DNA from: a virus | Taxonomy: Duplodnaviria > Caudoviricetes | DNA length: 64,000 bases | Direction: 5' to 3' (one strand) | Virus record (IMG/VR): IMGVR_UViG_3300042975_000105 | Location: 3,692 to 67,691 of that record | Shown: positions 30,066 through 40,086 of the stretch, one piece after another | Numbering within the stretch: the first letter of the stretch is position 1 | Layout of the letters: each line of letters begins with the position of its first letter | Position numbers and translations under genes: made by a program | The notes under the pieces: model-generated | The model's input: only the letters and a program-made list of their open reading frames with translations | Database searches by the model: none | What the model was told of the DNA's origin: nothing

Positions 30066-30728
30066 TCATTCCTCCAGTTCCGTCTTATAGTAAGTCATGA
30101 GCAGCTGTTTGCGCTGCTGGAAATCCGGGCAGGAATACAGCAGGCCGTAATCCAGGTGCTGCAGCCGATCCAGAGCATGAATCTGCTGCGCGGTCAGATA
30201 AGGCCGGATGCTCTGCCCTTTTTCGATGCCGTTGGCCAACCGGAACTGCTTGGCAGACATGCCGAGAACAATGCGGTTCAACATGTCGCATTCGTTGCTG
30301 AAGTGGTACGACTTCGGACTTTCATACAGGCGGCAGATCATGTCCGTGAGCATCGGGAATTCCTGCCGGGCAGACAGGAGCGACCGGACGCATTGCTCCA
30401 TCTCGTTGAAACGCTGGATGTAGAGTTCCTTGAAGTGCATCGCCTTCTGACCTGTGTAGCCCATGACCAGCATGGTAAAGCCATCGCGGGTCATCAGGTA
30501 TCGTGGCAGTTTGCGTCCTGTAGCATCACGGTAAGTACTGAACTCAAAATTGAGTTCAGTGAATTCTTCACTTAAGCCAGATTTGGATTCAGTGATTCTG
30601 GCGATGTCGCGGAGTACATTGTAATGTTTCTTTCCAAAAACCTCGGCTACAAACAGGCTATCCACCAACGCAATGCCTTGCTGGCTCGCCAGCATGCCGT
30701 ACTCGTCCTGCGGAATTAAAAATTTCAT
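30066..30728 (-). CDS. rha: Rha-family phage regulator
   Basis: VDSLFVAEVFGKKHYNVLRDI, YLMTRDGFTMLVMGYTG.KA..FKE.YI..FNEME. Confidence 0.87.
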   Translation of the reverse strand: MKFLIPQDEYGMLASQQGIALVDSLFVAEVFGKKHYNVLRDIARITESKSGLSEEFTELNFEFSTYRDATGRKLPRYLMTRDGFTMLVMGYTGQKAMHFKELYIQRFNEMEQCVRSLLSARQEFPMLTDMICRLYESPKSYHFSNECDMLNRIVLGMSAKQFRLANGIEKGQSIRPYLTAQQIHALDRLQHLDYGLLYSCPDFQQRKQLLMTYYKTELEE

Positions 30729-30781
30729 AGCAAATTCCTCCCTTGTAAAAAATTAACCCGAGAGATTTCTTCCTCTCTATA

Positions 30782-30813
30782 AGTAACAGGACAAAAACCG
30801 TTATTTTAAGTAC
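30782..30813 (-). promoter_or_regulatory. Bipartite motif GTACTTAA-N12-TGTCCTGTTACT upstream of rha
   Basis: Exact copies with the same spacing at 35865-35896 and 48549-48580; variant at 62390-62421. Confidence 0.8.
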
Positions 30814-30920
30814 CATTAAATGAAATTTTTTATTTATAGCAGGATTTTCAATTTCTATATAGAATTAATAAAATAAAGAATATATGCCGAATCCAAAAAT
30901 CGTGTAAAGAAGGAGAGGGA

Positions 30921-31562
30921 TTGCTCATGCATTTTAGACCAAAAATAATTTCTTATTTATCTGTATTTATTTTGTGCCTAGCTTTTTTTCTAATTGATTC
31001 TTCCCAAGCGCAAGCTACAGAATTTATGACTCCAGACCAAGGAACCTTCCTATATCTGGATACCCGTCAGCTAAATGTTCGTTATGATAATGAACGATTA
31101 AAATTTGTTCTTCAAAGGGATGGTACCTTACGGTTGATGAGCCGTGACGGAAAACATGATTATATGTCTTTCATCAACTATGTCGGTGCCAGAGGCGGTG
31201 TAGGCTATAAAATCCGCACCATTCGCACCACCGACCCTGACATGACTTTCTTTGAAATCAATGCGGATGTTGGCGCACATGCGATGAACTGTGGCTATTG
31301 GATTATTGGCAAACATGATGGCCAATGGGTTACGTATGTATCGTTAGACAGCCTGGCTTCCATGGGATATACCATTGGCAACTGGCATCAAATCAAAACA
31401 AAAATAAACGAAGATGGAACCGGCCGTTTCATTCTTATCAGTTCTCATGAATATATGCCGCCGGGAGCTCAATATCAGTATCAACGGAAACATGCTGTAG
31501 ATTTACAACTAGAATTGTTCTGGGATCAAAATGCACAATGGTTTGGCATGCGTAGTTTATAA
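30921..31562 (+). CDS. Secreted/periplasmic hypothetical protein (moron)
   Basis: Hydrophobic signal peptide ending AQA; AT-rich; convergent with the polymerase gene. Confidence 0.7.
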   Translation: MLMHFRPKIISYLSVFILCLAFFLIDSSQAQATEFMTPDQGTFLYLDTRQLNVRYDNERLKFVLQRDGTLRLMSRDGKHDYMSFINYVGARGGVGYKIRTIRTTDPDMTFFEINADVGAHAMNCGYWIIGKHDGQWVTYVSLDSLASMGYTIGNWHQIKTKINEDGTGRFILISSHEYMPPGAQYQYQRKHAVDLQLELFWDQNAQWFGMRSL

Positions 31563-31574
31563 GAAAATACAAGG

Positions 31575-31606
31575 AAAGCAGGCAGTCTCACGCTGCCTGC
31601 TTTTTT
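31575..31606 (+). terminator. Bidirectional intrinsic terminator
   Basis: AAAGCAGGCAG-N7-CTGCCTGCTTT plus T-run between convergent genes. Confidence 0.75.
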
Positions 31607-33593
31607 AGTCCTTCTGATAAAATTCACATTCATACCCATCAGCCCGCAGAATAAGCCCTTCAGCCCATGGCGGTGTCCGACCCATCTGTTCGCAAATAGC
31701 ATCGACACTGACATCCCTGTCACACTCAATGATCAGTTCATCATGTACATGGCCGACAATGGCACAGCACCGTAACGTCTGCATGGCATAGCAAAGGATG
31801 TCCCGACTTATGCCCTGAACAATATTTTCCACGAACTTCGGGCCATAGCTCTCCAGCCGTTCCCATTTTCTGGTAGCGCCAACGCCTTCATAGGTGACGG
31901 ATTCCCCACCGAAGCGGTTCTCGCCTATCCGGGGTTTCACATAAGAAAGCCGCCGTCCGCTGGGAAGCTGGATGAACAGCATGCCGCTCTGATAAAGGGA
32001 TCGGATGCATCCAGCCCGCATAGGGACATGCTTTTTTACGGTCGTCTTCACGGCGGCATCCACTTGCCACCAGAAATCGACGATATGCGGATTGGCAGAG
32101 CGCCAGGACTGCACCAGCGGATACAGCTCGTCTTCCGAAAGTCCCATATCCAGTGCGCCCATCGCCTTCAGCGCCCCGACAGACCCGCCATAGCCACAGG
32201 CCAATTCTGCGATTTTGCCTTTCTGCCTCAGGTGGCCATTTATCCCATGCTTCACCACGGGTACGCCAAACATCTGACTGGCTGTTGTGCAATAGATGTC
32301 CTGGCCGGCCGCAAAGGCTTCTGATTTCCACTTCTCCCCGGCAAGCCACGAAATGACCCGTGCCTCGATGGCGGAGAAATCTGATACCACGAACTTCATG
32401 CCTTGCCGTGGCACAAAGGCGGTGCGGATGAGCTGGGACAGGACATCGGGAACAGAGTCATACAGGAGTTCCAAAGCTTCATAATTTCCCTGGCGCACCA
32501 GTCCCCTAGCCTCCGCTAAATCGGGCAGATGATTCTGTGGCAGGTTCTGCAATTGGATGTGCCGTCCGGCGAATCGCCCGGTCCGGTTGGCACCATAAAA
32601 CTGGAACATGCCTCTGGCCCGATTGTCATCACAGGCCGTCATTTCCATAGCTTGGTATTTCTTGACAGATGACTTGGCCAGCTTCAGCCGGAGAAGCAGT
32701 ACACTGCGCAACGGTTCTTCTGCAGTCTTCAGCAGTTCCTGTACCTGCTTCTTGCCCAAAGAATCAATCTTCATCCCGTGCTGTTCCAGCCAGGCAATCA
32801 TCTGGATGACAGAATTCGGATTTTCCAATCCCGTCTTTTTCTTTAACTCACTCATCAAGGATTCCCGGCACCGGGCATCCATAGCCACGGCCTGGCTGAC
32901 CAGCGTCTGGTCGATGGCGATGCCCCGGTCGTTGATTTCCTGGTCGAGATGATATTCGTCCCACACTTGTTCGGGTACCGGATAGTGCTTCAACCGCTCC
33001 TGGATGGCCATTTCCACTTCCACATCCCGTTTGTTATATGACTTGAACAACTTCCATTTATCCGGGGCATGATGAGGAAGATTTCTCGTTCTCCTACCAT
33101 TTGACTTGGTTTCCTTGCAAGGGACACAGAAATAACGAATCAAATCCTTACCTTCTTTCATCTTCTGGTTATCCAAATTCAAGACGGCGCCGACGCTCTC
33201 CAAAGAAAGAGGCAGGCCCATATAGGCTGACCAGACCATAGAACATTTCCAGCCCGCCGGATTGAGAAACCTGGCACACTCCTGGGACAAGGGATGGTGG
33301 TCATGGAACGAATCCATGCTCATCCCCAGATTACTCAGGTGCCGTGACAGGCAGATCCGTTCGAAGCTGGCATTGAAGGCCCACTTGGTAACCGATTCAT
33401 CGGTTAAGGCATCCAGGATATCATCCGGAATAATTTCCCCCTGTGCCAGGTCAACGACCTGCACTTCACCGCCATCCACGGCGTAACCAAAGAGAAGGAT
33501 TTCAAAGGCCGGAGATTCAGCGTATTTGTACACGCCGCACTTGGCTAGGTTGACGTCGCTGAACGTTTCAATATCAATGCTGATGGTTTTCAT
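31605..33593 (-). CDS. Phage DNA polymerase, family A (intein-free allele)
   Basis: SIDIET exonuclease motif, DFSAIEAR (A), RQKGKIAELACGYGG (B), HVHDE (C). Confidence 0.95.
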   Translation of the reverse strand: MKTISIDIETFSDVNLAKCGVYKYAESPAFEILLFGYAVDGGEVQVVDLAQGEIIPDDILDALTDESVTKWAFNASFERICLSRHLSNLGMSMDSFHDHHPLSQECARFLNPAGWKCSMVWSAYMGLPLSLESVGAVLNLDNQKMKEGKDLIRYFCVPCKETKSNGRRTRNLPHHAPDKWKLFKSYNKRDVEVEMAIQERLKHYPVPEQVWDEYHLDQEINDRGIAIDQTLVSQAVAMDARCRESLMSELKKKTGLENPNSVIQMIAWLEQHGMKIDSLGKKQVQELLKTAEEPLRSVLLLRLKLAKSSVKKYQAMEMTACDDNRARGMFQFYGANRTGRFAGRHIQLQNLPQNHLPDLAEARGLVRQGNYEALELLYDSVPDVLSQLIRTAFVPRQGMKFVVSDFSAIEARVISWLAGEKWKSEAFAAGQDIYCTTASQMFGVPVVKHGINGHLRQKGKIAELACGYGGSVGALKAMGALDMGLSEDELYPLVQSWRSANPHIVDFWWQVDAAVKTTVKKHVPMRAGCIRSLYQSGMLFIQLPSGRRLSYVKPRIGENRFGGESVTYEGVGATRKWERLESYGPKFVENIVQGISRDILCYAMQTLRCCAIVGHVHDELIIECDRDVSVDAICEQMGRTPPWAEGLILRADGYECEFYQKD

Positions 33594-33659
33594 ATGTTTC
33601 ACCTCAAGAAAAGCGGCGAGACACAAGGTCCCGCCACCCTAATACATTCACATTGTTCT

Positions 33660-34226
33660 TTATGCCAGGAAATCATCATCGTCAATTATAGCGAAATCGT
33701 CTTTTGCTCGGGGTCTGCCACCCAGAGGTTCACCGTCACGAACTTTCTGAAGATTGTTCAGGCCACAAGCAATGCCTTTGTTGCCATTGCGATTAAAGGC
33801 ATAGAAGTTGATAGAAGCACGGCCGTAGACGCCAGAATAGACTTCAGAGCGTTCAAAGAGGGGTTTGCATTTAGTATCAACGATATCAGGCTTTGTGGTA
33901 GAATTGGCATTGATGAAGAAGCTGTCTTTATAAGCATCATCACCAGGGCGTTCCAAGTCGCCGTCACGGAGCGGGGTCTTGATAGCTTCGAGAGCCGGTA
34001 CCACCCGACCATTACCTTTGAGTTTGCCCTGGCCTTCATCATAGGCAGCCTTGATAGCAGCTCGGACGCTTTCGACCGTTTCCGTATCGGACTTCGGAAT
34101 GATGAGAGATACACTATACTTCGGCGTACCACCATTGATAGACTTCGGGTCCCAAACATTTGCATAAGACCAGCGGGTATTGACTCCTGTGATTACCTTA
34201 CAAGGATTAGTAAATTTTTTTGTCAT
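33660..34226 (-). CDS. DUF2815 ssDNA-binding protein
   Basis: RWSYANVW.P.S..GG.PKYS, PLRDGD, YSGVY, IACGLNNLQK, acidic tail DDDDFLA. Confidence 0.85.
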   Translation of the reverse strand: MTKKFTNPCKVITGVNTRWSYANVWDPKSINGGTPKYSVSLIIPKSDTETVESVRAAIKAAYDEGQGKLKGNGRVVPALEAIKTPLRDGDLERPGDDAYKDSFFINANSTTKPDIVDTKCKPLFERSEVYSGVYGRASINFYAFNRNGNKGIACGLNNLQKVRDGEPLGGRPRAKDDFAIIDDDDFLA

Positions 34227-34238
34227 GATAAATTCCTC

Positions 34239-35367
34239 CTAATTTTCAATATTGAAATCGTCTGCCGCGGTGTGCATGGCCGGGCGTTTATCCGATTCCG
34301 GCACCAAGACTGGCTTGCCCTGCGGCTTTTCAACTAAATCTGACAACAATTCTTCGAACCGCTTCTTGCCAAGCTGTTTCGTCATCGCCGTAATGCCGAG
34401 CAGCTTTTTTTCATACGGGTCGAAGCCTGCTTCTTCTACTTTGGCGGCAACGGCGTCTTCGCTGACGTACCGACGGTTCGACCGGCCTTCGACCAATTTC
34501 CAACCGGCCCACTGCTTGCCGGAAAGGGCCTGCTGCAGGGCGTAATCTTTGACATCGCCGGCCCAGTTCACCAAGTCATCGGCCTTGGCCAGGACGGCTT
34601 CGATTTCTTCATCCTGAAGCGTGGACGGGACGGCGAAATCATACTGAGCCAGTTCCAGGTTATATTCAGCCCTCTTGCGGCATGTCGCCTTGATTTTGCA
34701 GAAACGGCAATGGTCGCCAGCCTTGTACTCCCCTTCGCCTTTGGCCGCCAGTTCCGCGGCGGGCTTCAACACCGTTTCGGCCCACTGGAGCAGCTTTTCT
34801 TTGCTCATGGTGCAGGTACTGACGTTGTCCCGGCGGGGCTGGAAGATGGTCATGGACACCTGGTGGATATCATAGATGCCATCGAACAAGTTCAGTGCGC
34901 CGAGGGCATAGCACATCATTTGCGGATTCTTCTCGGCATCCACCAGGACTCCCAGGCCGTTCTTGTAATCGATGACCGTCAGGGTATCGTCGGCCACGAT
35001 GAGGCAGTCGCCTGTTCCGAACCCGCCAGGAACCCACTTGGAAAAGTCCAGCTGCTGTTCAATCATAATCAGCGGGTCCTTGCAGGATGCTTTGGCCGCT
35101 GCCAGACATTCCATAACGAACTGCGCATATTCATCAGTGCATTCCGCCATCTCCTCATCAAAGTACGTCAGGGATTTCGTCGGGTCTTCCATCTTCTGCC
35201 CCAGAGCTGTCTTCACCTTGAATTCGCAGAGCGTATGGGCATCTGTTCCCTGGCGGGCGAATTCACTGGAGGTATCCGGCAAATTGGCACATTCCTGGGC
35301 GGACGGCGGGCAGGCCAGCCATCGGTAGCAGGAAGATGCGGACAGCACCGCGTGTTTATCCCGGCAT
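34239..35367 (-). CDS. DUF2800 Cas4/RecB-like exonuclease; probable +1 frameshift right after the start codon
   Basis: GTDAH, FGTGDC, IDYKNG, QMMCYALG; ATGCCGGGATAAACAC gives MPDKHAVLSAS if one G is removed. Confidence 0.85.
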
Positions 35368-35668
35368 GACCGATCACCTCCAATTCTTTCAAGAGGGTGC
35401 TGTACTGTGCCGCATCAACACTGGACAGATTGTTGGCGCCGTGTTTCTGAATGAGGCTGCGGACTTCGTCCGTAAATCCCTGGCGTGACTTGTCGGCGGC
35501 GACTTTGCGGACATCTTCCAGTGCCAGCGGCTGTTTGGCATATTCTTTCTTTTCCGATTCAGCCGGCTGTTCGTCCTGCGGTGCCTGCATTGCTGACGCA
35601 ATGCGGAGTAGCGCCTTTCCACAGTTTTCCAATTCTGATGCCAGTTCAGTAAGTTTTTCGTTTGTCAT
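35356..35668 (-). CDS. Conserved small early phage protein
   Basis: LEDVRKVAADKSRQGFTDEVRSLIQKHGA..LS.V; natural stop (HAG*) is restored by the same 1-bp correction at ~35361. Confidence 0.65.
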
Positions 35669-35819
35669 ATGCTTTGACTCCTTTCGATTTTCTCTGTGCT
35701 CTCAGTATCATAAGATGTCTTGCGGTCTGCTCTGCGGTGCCGCTGATTTCCGTCAGAACCTCTGCCAGTTCTCTGTCTAGGTCACTGCATCGGCAGCTTT
35801 GTGTTTGTCTGTTGTCCAT
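35646..35819 (-). CDS. Small early protein (57 aa)
   Basis: RBS AAAGGAGG; MDNRQTQSCRCSDLDRELAEVLTEISG; first gene after motif 35865-35896. Confidence 0.5.
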   Translation of the reverse strand: MDNRQTQSCRCSDLDRELAEVLTEISGTAEQTARHLMILRAQRKSKGVKAYDKRKTY

Positions 35820-35864
35820 CGGTTTATCCTCCTTTCTAGGACTTCTTTTTTTTTGCCCTTCACT

Positions 35865-35896
35865 AGTAACAGGACAAAACAGTGTTGATTAAGTAC
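35865..35896 (-). promoter_or_regulatory. GTACTTAA-N12-TGTCCTGTTACT motif at the head of the replication operon
   Basis: Exact match to the 30782 and 48549 copies. Confidence 0.8.
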
Positions 35897-35941
35897 CATT
35901 TTTTTTAATTTATCCATAAAATTTTTCTGGACAGACTTAGC

Positions 35942-36523
35942 TCAGTAGTTACGGTAATCCTTAAGATGATTCCGGAGGAACTCGTAAATTTTTTTCTTGC
36001 GATTGTTCACGGCCTTCTGCGACCGTCCAACTTTTTTGCCAATAGCAGCTTCGCTGTATCCATCAAGTATCAAATCAACGATTTGCCGATTAACACCTTG
36101 CAATAAAGATAATGCCTGATGTAAATCATTTATAAATTCCTCTTTTACAACAATTTCTTCTGGGGAATCTTCTCCATATTCATCTGCGAATCCATATGCC
36201 ATCTCGGCGAGTTGTTCGTATGAAACCGGCGTATCCCATCCTTGGACAGATTTGTCGCCTCGGTGTTCTTCTTGATCTTTTTCTCGTTTCTTTCTTTTTT
36301 CAGCTAGCCGCTGCTGTCGTTTATCCTCCTTCCACTCTGGCTGCATATATGCCCTATACTGTTCCTTGGTAGCCGGGATGAGGATAGTGCGAACCATCCG
36401 ATTGCCAATTTTCGACCACTGCCGTGGCGCACTTTCATATTCTGGCGTAATGATGGTATCCTTCTTCACTTCCATGGGAATATAATACTTCTGTTTGTCT
36501 TCGTTTTTTCGTTGATTGGCCAT
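35942..36523 (-). CDS. Sigma-70 region-4 / ECF-like phage sigma factor
   Basis: RBS AAGGAG before ATG 36523; C-terminal HTH LHQALSLL...GYSEAAIGKKVGRSQKAVNNRKKKI. Confidence 0.75.
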   Translation of the reverse strand: MANQRKNEDKQKYYIPMEVKKDTIITPEYESAPRQWSKIGNRMVRTILIPATKEQYRAYMQPEWKEDKRQQRLAEKRKKREKDQEEHRGDKSVQGWDTPVSYEQLAEMAYGFADEYGEDSPEEIVVKEEFINDLHQALSLLQGVNRQIVDLILDGYSEAAIGKKVGRSQKAVNNRKKKIYEFLRNHLKDYRNY

Positions 36524-36822
36524 GCGCGTGCTCCTTCGCATAATGCGAAGCAAAGACGCACATAGGCTGCCTGTCGTAACCGACCATGAGATGCATCCTC
36601 GCTTCCATGGCCAGCCACCCCAGTAGGCTGACGTGGTTAACTTTTCAGACCGTCTCTCGGCTCTGGGCACACCCGCGTCCGGGAGTGAACGTTGAGACAG
36701 GTTCTCTTTGCCCCAAAATATTAGTAATCTTCAATATATTTTCAGGAGCCAAAAGAAATGATAAAATGAAGTTAACTTACATCCCTACTATACAAAACGC
36801 CCCCCTCTCAAATTAGATGTTT

Positions 36823-36848
36823 TAGGAAACCGTAGGAAAAATAGGAAA
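36823..36848 (+). repeat. Three TAGGAAA direct repeats (starts 36823, 36833, 36842)
   Basis: About one helical turn apart, just upstream of the RBS of 36864. Confidence 0.65.
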
Positions 36849-36863
36849 ACAAGGAGACCTACC

Positions 36864-38012
36864 ATGCTGTTCAAAGAGGTCATACACGCTATTCGCCCTC
36901 ATCTCATGAAAGATGCAGACGTTCCTGGTTTCATGCGTAATCTTATCCAGATGCTCTGCGACATTCCTGAAGATGAATGGTATACAAAAAGAGACCCTTC
37001 CTCAGAAGAAAGCTATAAGGATGGATCTCTCAGAAAATTCTATACAAATAAACTCAGCAAAAAATTAGCGGAAAAAATATTATCACGTTTAACTCGCGAT
37101 AATTTTTTAGAATCTATTTATGATTCAAATCGTTCAGATGTTGTGTTAGACGGTTTAGCCGAAGATATAACACCATTTGCCAATGGCGTAACCAAAAATA
37201 ATGTTGGTGAAAAGTTATTTGATTTGCTAAAACGAGGACTCGAAGAGCTTATTGATCCGGCGTTGGAAAACACACGACATCAACAAGAAGCGCAACATAA
37301 ATCAAATCAATTAAAAGGACGATATGGTAGTGGTTTATTGGATGATTGTAACAACACTTGCTCTATGCCAGGCTGTTCGCATCATCTTCAAAAACTTGCT
37401 GATGACGGAACAAGTACTCCTGATTATGAAATTCTTATCATCAATGAAAAGAAATCACCTTCTTTTTCCAATATTTGTGCTGTCTGCCATGATTGTTTTG
37501 AAAAATATATATTGAAGCATACAGCGAGCGAACGTAAAGAACTTGAAGCAGTAAAAAAACTACAGACTGACGCCAGAAATGCAAGAAGCACAATATCTGA
37601 AGTACATATTGATAAAGGAATTAAAATGGTTGTCGAAAGCCTGGTCAACTTAAAACCTAGCACTTTGACTTCATTGAATTACGAGCCGACATTCATCGCA
37701 AATAAAATTGATGAAAATGAAAATCTTCTTCTGGCGGAAACTGTAAAAAATTATGTTACAAAATATTATTTCTACATCAATCAAATTATGCAGAACCTAT
37801 CACGCCAGAAACAATATTCAGATGAATTAATACGTATTGAAATAAAGACTATTTGCCAACGTCTAGAAGATAAAGGTTTTTCACAAGTTGAAATATATGA
37901 AAGTATATCCAAACAAATCCATCGTATAACAAAACAAAATACCATTTATTGTAATATTGTTGTCTGTTATTTTATTCAATCCTGTGAGGTATTTCATGAT
38001 ATTACCAAATAA
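36864..38012 (+). CDS. ABC-three-component (Lamassu-like) effector: N-terminal domain, HNH-like Zn module, C-terminal domain
   Basis: CSMPGC...NICAVCHDC; C-terminal YFIQSCEVF typical of ABC-3C CTDs; operon context. Confidence 0.7.
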   Translation: MLFKEVIHAIRPHLMKDADVPGFMRNLIQMLCDIPEDEWYTKRDPSSEESYKDGSLRKFYTNKLSKKLAEKILSRLTRDNFLESIYDSNRSDVVLDGLAEDITPFANGVTKNNVGEKLFDLLKRGLEELIDPALENTRHQQEAQHKSNQLKGRYGSGLLDDCNNTCSMPGCSHHLQKLADDGTSTPDYEILIINEKKSPSFSNICAVCHDCFEKYILKHTASERKELEAVKKLQTDARNARSTISEVHIDKGIKMVVESLVNLKPSTLTSLNYEPTFIANKIDENENLLLAETVKNYVTKYYFYINQIMQNLSRQKQYSDELIRIEIKTICQRLEDKGFSQVEIYESISKQIHRITKQNTIYCNIVVCYFIQSCEVFHDITK

Positions 38013-38211
38013 ATTATTTTCATATAATGACAGTATCTTGTCTAAGCTACCTTGCGTTCTATACAATCTGAATACCCCTAAGACCCCTGTCGAACTTTTA
38101 CACCTATGCAGAAATATCAAGGGGCCTGTTGAACTCATTGATGTCCTTGATTGTCTATATGCCCTCAAAAAAATTACATTAAATGACAAGGGAGAAATCG
38201 AAAAATGCTGA
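37996..38211 (+). CDS. ABC-3C middle component
   Basis: MILPNKLFSYNDSILSKLP...LIDVLDCLYALKKI; overlaps both neighbours. Confidence 0.72.
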   Translation: MILPNKLFSYNDSILSKLPCVLYNLNTPKTPVELLHLCRNIKGPVELIDVLDCLYALKKITLNDKGEIEKC

Positions 38212-39839
38212 TAGAGATATCCTGTTCTAAATTTAAAACGCCAAAGCATCCAACAGAAGTAATAAGTTTCCACCCAGGCTTAAATGTCGTATTAGGGAAC
38301 AAAAATGGAGCGAATTCTATTGGAAAATCCACCATGCTTATGATAATTGATTTCGCATTTGGTGGTTCGTCTTATGTAAAAAGCGATGCTGTGATTGAAT
38401 TGGGAAACCATGAAATATTTTTCACCTTTCGTTTTTCAAATCAAGATTACAGATTTTCGCGAGATACAGCAAATCCTGATGTAATTCATGAACATCTGTC
38501 AAAAGATATCTTCAAAGAGATACACCTGCCTGAATACACCCAATGGCTTTGTCATCAATACAAAATGGATTATCCCGGAGTTTCATTTAGGAATACAATC
38601 AGTCGCTTTTTCCGTATCTATAAGAAAAGCAAAATCGATGAAATGCAGCCATTAAAAATCAGAGAGTCAGAAAACAATACGGCTGCAATCAATGTCTTGC
38701 TCTGTCTTTTCAACCACCATAATGAAATTTCATATTTCCAGAACCAGTTAAAATCCGCTAAAGACAAGCACTCCGCCTTTCGTACAGCACAGAAATACAA
38801 CTTTATCGCCTCTGCTATTACACGACAAAAAGAGTATGAGGAGGCACAATCAAAGTTAGCCGAATTACGTCAAGAAAAAGAAGACCTGGCTTTTTCCAAT
38901 AATTCCTCTGTTGATAGAAAAGAAGTGAAAAAGGCCAATCAAATAAACGAATTGAAACGATATCTTCGTGATGCCAGAAAAAAGCTTGAGCAGAAGAAAA
39001 ATGATATTCATCTCGTTGATTTAAATCTTCAACTTGGGGTTCAACCAACGGAAGCAGATTTGAATAATCTCTTGACCTTCTTCCCCCATGCCAATATTGA
39101 AAAACTAGCTAAAATTGAAAAATTCCACCACAAGATACAATCTATACTCAAAGATGAATTGCTTGAAACAAAGAGAAGAATGGAACAAGAGCTACTACCT
39201 CTCCAAAACCAAGTGGATAAAATCCAAAATTATATCGAACAACTAAAACCATCGATGGCATTTAGTGACGAATTTCTTACCGCTTATACTAAGCTCGATC
39301 ATGAGATAACTACTTTAGAAAATGAATGCGATAATTTTATCAATCTGCAAAATTTAAATGAAATCGAAAAGCAAGCAAAGAAAGCACTTGAAGAACGAAC
39401 CACGTTGCTTTTGCATCAGATGGAAAAAAGTATTAATGCTGAAATGGAGAAAATCAGCGACTTCATATCTCATGGTGAAGACAACGCGCCCATTCTCAGA
39501 TTGCTAAAAAGCAACAGCTATACCTTTGAAACACCGAGAGATTCAGGCACCGCCACTAATTACAAGGGAATGCTTATTTATGATTTAAGTATTTTAGAAT
39601 TGACACCCTTGCCAGCTCTTGCTCACGATTCATTACTATTCCCGAACATTTCCGATGAAAAATTACGACAACTATTACGACTGTATGCATCCATCGAAGA
39701 AAAGCAAGTCTTCATAGCATTTGACCGACAAGATAATTTAGGACCAGATATTTCTTCCTTGCTTAACAAACATGCAGTTATAAAGTTAGGGCCAAACGAT
39801 GAAGCTCTGTTTGGCATTCAATGGGGAAAGAAAAAGTAA
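38205..39839 (+). CDS. ABC-3C SMC-like ABC ATPase (DUF2326-like)
   Basis: FHPGLNVVLG...NSIGKST Walker A, long coiled coil, DSGTATNYK signature, LAHDS Walker B, QVFIAFD. Confidence 0.82.
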   Translation: MLIEISCSKFKTPKHPTEVISFHPGLNVVLGNKNGANSIGKSTMLMIIDFAFGGSSYVKSDAVIELGNHEIFFTFRFSNQDYRFSRDTANPDVIHEHLSKDIFKEIHLPEYTQWLCHQYKMDYPGVSFRNTISRFFRIYKKSKIDEMQPLKIRESENNTAAINVLLCLFNHHNEISYFQNQLKSAKDKHSAFRTAQKYNFIASAITRQKEYEEAQSKLAELRQEKEDLAFSNNSSVDRKEVKKANQINELKRYLRDARKKLEQKKNDIHLVDLNLQLGVQPTEADLNNLLTFFPHANIEKLAKIEKFHHKIQSILKDELLETKRRMEQELLPLQNQVDKIQNYIEQLKPSMAFSDEFLTAYTKLDHEITTLENECDNFINLQNLNEIEKQAKKALEERTTLLLHQMEKSINAEMEKISDFISHGEDNAPILRLLKSNSYTFETPRDSGTATNYKGMLIYDLSILELTPLPALAHDSLLFPNISDEKLRQLLRLYASIEEKQVFIAFDRQDNLGPDISSLLNKHAVIKLGPNDEALFGIQWGKKK

Positions 39840-39842
39840 AAA

Positions 39843-39880
39843 TACGGCAGTAACGATAAAAAGCTATCGTTACTACCGTA
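39843..39880 (+). terminator. Terminator hairpin after the ABC-3C operon
   Basis: TACGGCAGTAACGATA-N6-TATCGTTACTACCGTA, 15 of 16 complementary. Confidence 0.7.
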
Positions 39881-40086
39881 TCCATTTTACTGACTTTCTT
39901 CTTCTCTTCGCCCTGAGTTTCTCCCTAATTTTAGGCATAAAAAAAAGGCCGGCATTTTGCCGACCTGAACGAAACCATTGCTATATAGGCTTTTCTTCTA
40001 CGCGCACCCTTTAAAATATTGTATCAATCTCAGGCATCTTTGCTCCAATCCTACCATGTAATTGATACAATGCAACGATAGTCCGA

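Larger units (their letters stand above)
1..40000 (-). mobile_element. Prophage element 1: temperate myovirus (contractile tail, HK97 head, replication module); continues left of the window
   Basis: Contiguous minus-strand gene order from sigma/replication through methylases, HNH, terS, terL, portal, protease, capsid, tail and baseplate; the right boundary is approximate. Confidence 0.92.
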
